Source: Trichoplax adhaerens (lineage: Eukaryota > Animalia > Placozoa). Taken from it: a stretch of DNA of 64,000 nt. Shown in pieces: positions 54,851 to 64,000 of the stretch. Position 1 is the first letter of the stretch. Every line of letters begins with the position of its first letter. The DNA is taken from positions 8,321,360 to 8,385,359 of the forward strand of contig NW_002060944.1 in NCBI RefSeq assembly GCF_000150275.1. The letters are read 5' to 3'. The notes under the pieces were generated by a model. That model worked only from the letters and a program-made list of their open reading frames with translations. It was not told where the DNA came from and did not search any database. A program made the translations under genes and the position numbers.

Positions 54851-57429
54851 CTCATAAAGCGAACACCTTTTCAATACAGATAGTTCGTTAGTAACTTCAT
54901 CTTCAAAGATTTCTATCAATTAACAGTAATTAAATCCAAGAATTCATTCATTAAATGACATACTGTAGTAGCAAGAATCTGTTATAGAGTTAACATCAAT
55001 AAATGTGAAACCGGAAAGTCGCTGTATTAATAAATTAATAAATATTACTTGCTCCATATCTATATAATAAAGCCATTTGATCGTATTTAAGATACGGCAT
55101 ACGAGGAATAAACTTGCAGGGTAAATTTGACAAAAATGCTAACAATTGTTAGCTTCGTGATTATAAGACGATGCAGATCGTTACCTACATCATATAAATG
55201 TAGGATTTTTTTAGCCATAATATTAAAAACGTGAATTGAATAATTTTCGTATAGGAGAAGTCTTTCCTCCAAAGGACTGCAGATTGCAAATTACACGCAT
55301 ACAATTCAAATACAGATCATAATTATTTTGTCTAAAAAGGCCTGCGAACAGCAGCTGTACGCATATATTTTAACGGTAGAATATAATTTACTCTTAATAT
55401 ACAGCTGTTAGGCAACAGATTGCAAATAAGGACCTAATATATCAAATTTTTAATGTACTGTACACTGAACAGTACAGCCATTGGAGCTCGAAAATTTTTA
55501 ACTTACCCTAGCAGCTAATAAAGCATCAATAAGAGATTAATAAAGAAATTACTATTGCATCAACTAACATGATATATAGCACAACTCTGCGTTATGCCTG
55601 TGTCCAAATGAAATGTGTCCACACCAGCTCGTCTTAATTGACAATAGACAGTTTAAAGCCGCAAAACCAGAATGCAGAGATGACAGCTGATTTTATACGC
55701 TGTTCCCACCATGTAAACTGCGTAAAAAATCAACAAATGTAGCTGAAATTGTAAGCTATTAGCAATGCTGAAAAGAAAAATCCAATACCTGATAAAAGTA
55801 ATCTAAGTTAGTTGGGCTATTTTCTGAAAGAAGGCGTCAGATTACGAAGAAATGTGCAAGAAGAATTTAAATTATATCTATCAGGTGGTATGCCATTTTC
55901 GATACTATAGGTCATCCGCCATATGGCACAAGAGCATTAGCTGGTAATCATTATGAGGTCAATATGAATCTATTTAACTCGAATAGAAATGCATTTCATG
56001 GTATATTAAGATAAGGAATATGGATTAATTTTTAGTACTTCATATATCTTTCGTAAAAAGCGAGTTTTTTGTAACAATTAGAAAGATCTAGGGTTTATCA
56101 GTTACAGCAAGAAATTGATTTTGTTTCTTTTAGACTAATGATATGGGATTCAGTTCGATATGTGTGAGAGCAGTAAATTACTACCTAAACTTATTCTATC
56201 TTGCTCCTTTTGATTAGCATTATTTGAAGCTTATTTTTTAATAAGATTGGAAGGGTAACATTGATATAAAGTACTGCAGAATGTTATTTAATGTCGTACT
56301 AAGAAGAAACAAGAAATCTTCTTTTTATATTTAATTTAGGCTTCAGTTATTTATGTAGGCACTTTTAGAGAGCTACTGTATCATTTACAGATATTTATGT
56401 ATATAATAATAAGGATAGAATAACTAAAATAACTTGATCACCTTGGCCTTGATAATATCCCAAGAACGAAAAGGTTATCTGATTATAATAGAAAATGACA
56501 AATAGGTGATGGAAACTTACTACTAATATCATGAATCGCTAGAAATGTACCGGTATTCTTCTGGTGGTCCGTGCTAATGCTCGATTACCATGAGGAAGCA
56601 GTAATTGAGTGTGTGGGATCAAATGCTTTAATGCCATTAAAGCATGCAATTAAAGCCGATCCGCTAATTCTATTAGACTAATGATATTATGAAGTTGTAT
56701 AAATAGAACTATTGCTACATGATAGTTCGTGCTGCTATAATACTGCACGTTTCCTGTTGTTTTCTAAGGATGACATCCTTCAAATCCATGCAAATTTTTA
56801 ATCATTAATTAGTTAAGTAAATCCGTATAGTTTCCGTTATCTTCTTCAATAGTGTAATATCATAACTTATTTTTAATGATCCTTCAGTATTGATTTCCTA
56901 ATATCATGATATAGCATTAGTGAAGATGCAGGCTTTAATTCCTGTATAGAAATGCAATCCTTTAATTATACAAGCTGCCGGTGATTTTATAATTCATACG
57001 CGCTTAATCTTATCCAAATTTGAATGACTTAATCAGTAATGCTAAACAGACACATTGCTCTTAATATTCTCTAGCAGTAATATCATTATCTAATGTCATG
57101 ATCTCGTGGTATAGCACCACTAAAGGAAATAGGTTGTCATATCTAAGTAAAAATTATGTAATACTTCTTCATATCTAGTGATGTATAATTCAAAAGGAAA
57201 ACAAAAATTGATTACATTAAAGCTCTGCGTGATATATTAATCACTGATCTATTTATACCTGTGTGATGTATAATATATGATCAGGTACAAATACCCCCAA
57301 TAGAGATTTCCAGGTAAGCTTAATCAAACGGTTCGAAGATATTCGCTATGCCAATGCTGATTTTACTCTAATCAAAGTAAAGTTTCATTGTCTACGTTAA
57401 AATTGGCACGACTGTGATCTGTCTACAAA

Positions 57430-60090
57430 ATGGAATCTCGATCTAACTGTAATAGCCATCGATTGACAAGGAATAAATTGGAAGCCATCAGAAATCGATC
57501 TCAGATGGTCGAAAATGATGAAGAAGAACGATTGATAGATCAAGGGACTACTATCAAGTTTTTTGGCTATCGCTTAGTTATGCTATCGGCTTCTAGTTCT
57601 GTTATTGAGCTTTCTTTCGCTATTGAAGCCGTTAATGCGATACCAGCATTGCTACAATTAGGTGTCCCAGTAGAATTCGCAGCTTATTTATGGTGTATAA
57701 GTCCACTGTTGGGTTTTCTAATACAGCCCTACTTGGGTTATTTATCAGACACTTGTACCTCTTCTTGGGGACGCCGGCGTCCTTTTATGATCATTTACTT
57801 TCTGTTGATGTCAATAGGTCTTGGAATAGCAGCTTTTAGCACCAATATTGGCTATGCTATTGATTCTAATCATAGCAAAGTGGCTATAGCCTTTGCCTTC
57901 GTTGGCTTTACTTTGTTAGATTTCTTCCGTAACTCATTGGAAGTCGTATCGCGAGCTTACCTAATGGATGCAAGCACCGATCATTTTCAGCAATTGGCTA
58001 ATAGCATCTTTACAATTATGGCAGCTAATGGCGGTATCTTGTGCTATGCTATCAACGGGTACTTTTAATAGGAAAAATGAAATTATATTTAATACGTTTC
58101 TTAAATAGTAAGACGCATATATCTCTAAGTAATGAAATTATACTGATTGATTGTTTCATGCTTACGACAGCACATAGTTTAGGATATTATGACATACGCG
58201 TATATGAATCGAATTTTAGAATTAAATAGTTCTTGCCTATTTTCCAATAGTCTGAATATCAATTTATATGCAAAAAGCATTTAGGGAAAGTTGATGATAC
58301 GTTTTGAATATGAAAAAATGTTTACTTTGTAGTTCAGGCCAATTCTAAATTCAGAGGTTATAATGCTTTGCGGCTGGATATACGCGTAGATATAAAATGA
58401 TACCGTAGGCGATTATTGAAAGATAGATCTAGATAATTGCTGATATCCGATGATATATTATAACTCTGTCTTTATAAGTGCAAATAATTCGTCTAGTTTT
58501 CATTAACAATAATTTCTCCACTACTAGGATGAATTTATTTAATTGTTTGATTAATCAACCTTCGTTTTCTAGGAAGAGATAGCGATTAAAATAGCATGAT
58601 ATTAGCTTATAATTCCTTGTATAGCATATATACTCAGCCTAAAGATTCTTTTTTCTATTATAGTCCCTTGCTTTACCTTAAATTGATCATTTTTAACGTT
58701 TATCTTGATAGGATTAGTTGGAAATATTCGCTAGGAAAATTTGTTGGTGGTCAATTTCAAGCTGTAGGTACGATCTGTTTGATCTTGATGACCATCATGA
58801 TGGCAACATCTTTAATTAGTATGCCTGAAAAGTTAAGCTATGCCGGCTGCCATACTAATCAGGGTAGTCGAAGTAGTATAGCTAGTAACATTGACGATAG
58901 TTACTCTGATGGCGAATCCGATATTTCTCTCTCTCTTTCGCAACATTCTCATCCATCATCGATCATTCGACTTCAACGCTACACTGCTCATCATTCACAC
59001 TATTTCAAAGTAAAAGAAATCTATAGTTCGATTATTGGCATGCCCCATGAATTACGTAAATTAAGTTTAACCTGCTTTCTTGGATGGTCGTCTTTCCTTA
59101 ATTTCCTAATTTATTACACCGACTATGTCGGTCAAGAAATTTATAATGGCGATCCTACAGCACCCATCAATTCTACATCGCACCATCTTTACATACAAGG
59201 GGTTATGACAGCGTCATGGGGATTAATTGGTTATATGCTTGTCTCTGTCATCTATTCGTTTATGATAGAAAGTATTATTATTCAATTCGGTAGGATAAAC
59301 AAAAATTGCGTAGCTCTACGAAGTTCAGTAGCTGTTTTCGTTTTAAATAGTCTGCTATTTTCTTTATCGACATTGACTAACACTACATTGCATATTTATT
59401 GCAGGCCCAGCTGTAACATTTAGTTGCAGCTTTGCCGTTGTAGGATTGGCAATAGGCATCATGACCACTTTAGATTCTGTAGCACCTGCTATTACGTTAG
59501 CCGCCTTTCAAGGCATTTCTTTTGCTATTAACTATAGTGTTTCCTATGCTTTACTAGGCGAATATCATAAATACTTTAAGGTAAGAATAGAATATCACTA
59601 GAATAACTAATCCATTATTATACTATACATAACATGAGTATTTACTATATTTTGTTATATATCAATATACACGTATATGCTAAAACCTGAATCCTGGCTA
59701 TTATACATAATAGCCGGGATTCGGGTTTTAGCCTTACCATACGATACTAGTAGATATGTTTAATTATTAATTCTAATTATTTTCATTCCGCATATTTCTG
59801 TCTAATACATCATTATAACTCGTATTTTACTCACTCTTAATACAAATTTCAATTCTTTGTGGCAATAGGAAGAAGAGGATTCACGTTGGGAACATCGAGA
59901 ATTTGGAATTGACATTTCTATCCTACTACTATGCATGTATCTTGCACAAATTTTGGTCGCTTTTGTGACTGGAGCTATCATTTATGCTACCAATTCGCCC
60001 ATTACACCGATGATTATGTCTAGTATTTCAGCTTTATGTTGTGCTATTGCTGCTGCCTTTTTAGATCGTGTACCTATTAATAAGTTCTAA
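57430..60090 (+). CDS. SLC45 family transporter, copy E; exons 57430-58058, 58712-59289, 59405-59580, 59869-60090
   Basis: Motifs GYLSDTCTSSWGRRRPF and YTDYVGQEIYNGDPTA; GT-AG introns in phase; intact ORF. Confidence 0.92.
59679..59732 (+). repeat. 54-nt near-perfect inverted repeat in intron 3 of copy E
   Basis: GCTAAAACCTGAATCCTGGCTATTAT-AC-ATAATAGCCGGGATTCGGGTTTTAGC. Confidence 0.9.
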
Positions 60091-61533
60091 ACTGGTTTTA
60101 TTGACAGCTGCTTACTATGAAGATAATACGCTATTTTTAGTTCTAGTTGTAATTAATTACTAGTTCAGGCTAAACTTCAGAAATTTTAATTCATAAAAAA
60201 TTGTGAATTATATTATAGTAGGCAAAATAGTGTTAAAATTATTTACAAATAGGAAGTGTTTTTAACTTTGCAGATATTAGTTTTACTACTTATGAAATCA
60301 CGGATAGAAAATGTGGATTGTAAAAATAGATTATAGTATCGGTTGATTAACATAGTACGATGAATTTGCTGTAAGAAATTGACAATTTCTGATACGTAAA
60401 CTTCTTAGCTCTGTTGACAGTGTTACGAAATAGATGAAAATAATCTTTCCTACTTGAGTTGCTATACGCGAATTTGTATTTATGCAAAGATATTTACCGA
60501 TCACTCGCTCTATATACATTCTACATGGATATCGTATACTCATAACAAATTCACGATCCTTTTGCACTGATTTAGTAACAGAAGTTTTTGAAATAGCACT
60601 AAATATATGTCAATGATTGTAAAAGTATGGCTATAAGACGACGGTCGATAATAGCTAAACTAGGAAATAGATGGATCTGTTGTATATATATAGATAGTAA
60701 TAGATTAAATACGATATCTTAACCATAAAGGCATAAATAAAGGAAACACTATATATATGTACGTATACGATGATTGTATGGTAGTACTTGTAATACAGTA
60801 GGTGATAACATTGTAAAAGGCGGACTGATAAGTTACTAATTGTAGTGCGAAGTGTAAACTGTAATCGTATCGAGGTGTAACCTCGTGTAGCTATAAATAC
60901 CGATCAACTAATAATAAAATGCAGTTATCAATCTTACTCACGGAGTGAACTTATTATTGAAGAACATAACAGGATCAAAAATAAAAATTTACATATTTCT
61001 TGCTAAGGCTAAAAATATCATGATTTATGAGTTAGGTAAACGTTGTTTACTTCATCTATACGGTTAAACGTAATTATACATTTAGCTCATCTTATAATAT
61101 CAAAAATTCAAATATATTACATTCAGTAACCTTGCAGATTCAAATAAATTAATTTATGGTACTGTATTAATATAAAGTCACGGCTTAACTCTAGTTTTTA
61201 ACCTTCGTTCGAAACTTTAAAATTTTAAATAGGAGATAATGAAATCTAAGGTAAAAGATTGTATTTCATAATGACATTTTTGGGGGTATTCCGTTAAATC
61301 GAATAAAAATCGATTGTTATTTAGCTTCAAGTAATTATTTTCTGTAAAGTAACAGCTGTTTGCCCAATTGTGGTCCATATGATAAACAATTTACTCATCA
61401 TGCTAACGATGTTTTTCTATATCTTTATAAATACGATCTTCTATAAGCCAATTTCATTTATATTTATCTACGGCCATAGCTAACAAGATCGCTTGACCGA
61501 TACTTCAATTATTTGCTTATAACTTCAAATTTA

Positions 61534-62950
61534 ATGGATCAATCTAGAGACGAGAAAAACGATGATACAGCATATGAAATAGATAGTAACTGCAATCAGG
61601 ATAGAATCGAAGATGGAAGAGAAGCATTGGAATCAATCTCAAAACATGATAAGAGACTCCTAATCAAACTAGCTACATTAGCACTTGCATCTTTTTTTCC
61701 AGAAGCTTTCTATACATTTTTTGATGTCTTTGCCGTACCATCCCAATTAAGCCTAGGAATACCTATTGGACTAACACTAATTCCCTCGATTCTTGCAACC
61801 TTAATCGGATTTTTTTTAATTCCAATCGTTGGCAATTTATCTGATCGTTGCACTTCTCGGATTGGAAGACGACGACCATTTATCATAATTTTCTTTATAT
61901 TAGTTTTAACATCTGCTGGGATGATATCTTTTAGTCGGATAATCGGTCTTGAGCTATGGCCTCATCATTTATTAATAGGGCGTATTATACTTATCGTTGG
62001 ATTAATTATGGAGATGTCATGTTGCTCTATATTATTAGCGCCTGCTAGAGCTCTTGTTATGGATGCTGCTCCGATTGATATGCAAGTTACTGCTAACAGT
62101 TTAATAACTTGCTCAGCAGGCATTGGAGCTGCTACTACTACTGCTATTAGTGGGTTAGCTTCCAATCTAATATCGATATAATAGTAGAACTTTGATACGA
62201 TGATGATGTCTACTTTATATCGAAGATTATCTTATCCTGATAAAATAATAGCAATAAGTTAAAGTTACATTGATAGACTATATTAGTTAACGAATTACTA
62301 AGCTAGCAGTATACTCATGTTTTTTAAATATAGGATTAATTGGAAGAAAACGCCACTAGTAAAAATATTTGGTGGACAAATTGAAGTAGCTTTCATTTTG
62401 ATAGCTTCAATAGGTATCGTAGTGATACTGATTGCGACGACAAGCTATGCAGAAGTTCCATATACCATCATTGGCTCTACTGATGTATTAATCCATAAAT
62501 CATCAAGTAGAAAAAGTAGCGACGATTTGAACATGTTTGCTAAGGACTGTAAGGCATATAGTTCTATCCAATCGACTGTTATACAAAAAGATCAGATGGA
62601 AATAACAGATAACTTAACTGATGATAAACTACAAGCAATTACTGCAAAAGAGATAAGTAATTGGAATCATCTGTATCAGACTTATTATTTTACTAAAACT
62701 ATGCCAAAGGAGTTACTCATTTTGTGGATAGCAAGCTTCTTTAGTTGGCTATCATATAATTCATTCGCCTATTTCTTAACTGATTTTGTTGGTCAATCAA
62801 TCTATCATGGTAATCCTCTAGCAGCCGAAAATTCGACAGCTTTACATCGTTATGATCGCGGTGTCTCTGCTGGAAGCTGGGGTTTCCTGGGCTGCACTGT
62901 TGTATCCGTCGTATATTCCTTGACGCTTGGGCGAATAACAAAATATATCG
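61534..62950 (+). CDS. SLC45 family transporter, copy F, 3'-incomplete (exons 61534-62153, 62334-62950; remainder lost in the gap)
   Basis: Motifs GNLSDRCTSRIGRRRPF and TDFVGQSIYHGNP; frame is open up to the donor at 62951. Confidence 0.88.
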
Positions 62951-63119
62951 GTAATTTAAAGTTTTATTTTTTGTGTCTAAATAAATTGTGAATCCTTTAT
63001 TCCATTTTAGATATAATTAATAAATTTTGGAAAGCTCTACCCATTCAAACAAATATTTAATTTAATAGTTACCAATACAAAATGTAACACTATTTACACG
63101 TAATATATATGCTATATAA

Positions 63120-63169
63120 NNNNNNNNNNNNNNNNNNNNNNNNNNNNNNNNNNNNNNNNNNNNNNNNNN
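63120..63169. other. Assembly gap (50 N)
   Basis: Run of N. Confidence 1.
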
Positions 63170-64000
63170 TACCGATGATAGAACATTAACTATCAATCAA
63201 TTTTCATGTGATGAAGTACCGAATCGGATATCAACAAAGCCTAAATTAACTCTTGAAGAAATTCGATCTTGGAATATTTTTTATCAAATTTATTACTTTA
63301 CTTAAACCATGCCTAAAGAATCAGTAGTATTATCGATAACGAGCCTATTAGGCTGGTTAAAATTTTCTATATTCGCTGTATTTTATACAAATTTTATTGG
63401 TCAATCTATCTTTAAAGGTGATCCCAATGCAGCTGAAAATTCAACAGCTTTACAACATTATAATGCCGGAGTAAGATATGGCAGTTGGGATTTAGCGCTG
63501 TGCACTCTTGCCACTACACTTTACTCCATCATAGTGAGGCAATTGAGCTTTTATTGTAGTAAGTTAACCTTTTAAGCTATTGCTATATTTAGAATTTCGA
63601 TCTTTTCCTGCATATTACTGACCAATCTGACATTTAAATTGTAAGTATATCTTTCGTACCAAAGCCATTTATTCCAAAAAATTAAAATTTTTAAATTAAT
63701 CTTACTTGATTACAGTACTGTAGACTAATACTCCTTAGTTGTGGAATATCCGAGAAAGTAAAAATTACAATTTGAAAATAATTTAATTTATTATAGATAT
63801 TAAAAATTGTTTAATATTCCTGTAGCAACCTAATTCTGGCCATAAGCTGTGCCATATTGTAGTAATACATGTTGATAGGATTAAGCATGCCAGCGATGGA
63901 CATTCTAGAAATTAAGTTTCAGTCAAGCAATAAATCAACCTACCTTGTAAATTTCTGACTAGAAAGTAAAGTATCACAGTAGCGACCAATAAAGAATTGA
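63170..64000 (+). pseudogene. Near-identical copy of 52489-53319 (part of pseudogene D)
   Basis: Same sequence at offset 10681, including the intron and the premature TAA. By eye there is one substitution (TACGTTACT vs TACTTTACT) plus differences in the last few bases. Confidence 0.92.

Noticed and set aside
38351-62941. Minus-strand ORFs overlapping SLC45 exons (e.g. 38351-38584, 41946-42170, 46935-47168)
   Set aside because: Antisense shadows of hydrophobic coding sequence; their recurrence follows from paralogy of the sense genes.

Overview
Eukaryotic, AT-rich, intron-containing animal DNA. The compact introns, the metazoan gene set and the gene style suggest a placozoan such as Trichoplax, which is inference only. 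From left to right, the window holds: (1) the 3' end of an ANKFN1/wide-awake-like gene with a GC-AG intron; (2) a decayed ORF region and a hairpin-bearing minisatellite; (3) the mitochondrial glycine carrier SLC25A38 (8 coding exons); (4) a ~0.8 kb TIR/TA-flanked MITE-like element; (5) two tandem G-alpha 12/13 genes, the second with an atypical P-loop (GASECGKS); (6) an intronless EMRE/SMDT1 on the minus strand; (7) head-to-head with it, a 454-aa gene built from three tandem MS4A/CD20-like four-TM modules, each keeping the family's small phase-0 exon; (8) a >26 kb tandem array of SLC45 (plant SUC/SUT-like) MFS transporters. The array has four complete genes, one gene cut by an N-gap, two pseudogenes and a near-identical pseudogene copy after the gap. 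It shows a mappable 5 kb duplication, an intron difference between subgroups, and changes at transport-critical residues. No rRNA, tRNA or CRISPR array was seen. Exon models were spliced by eye, and no database searches were run.
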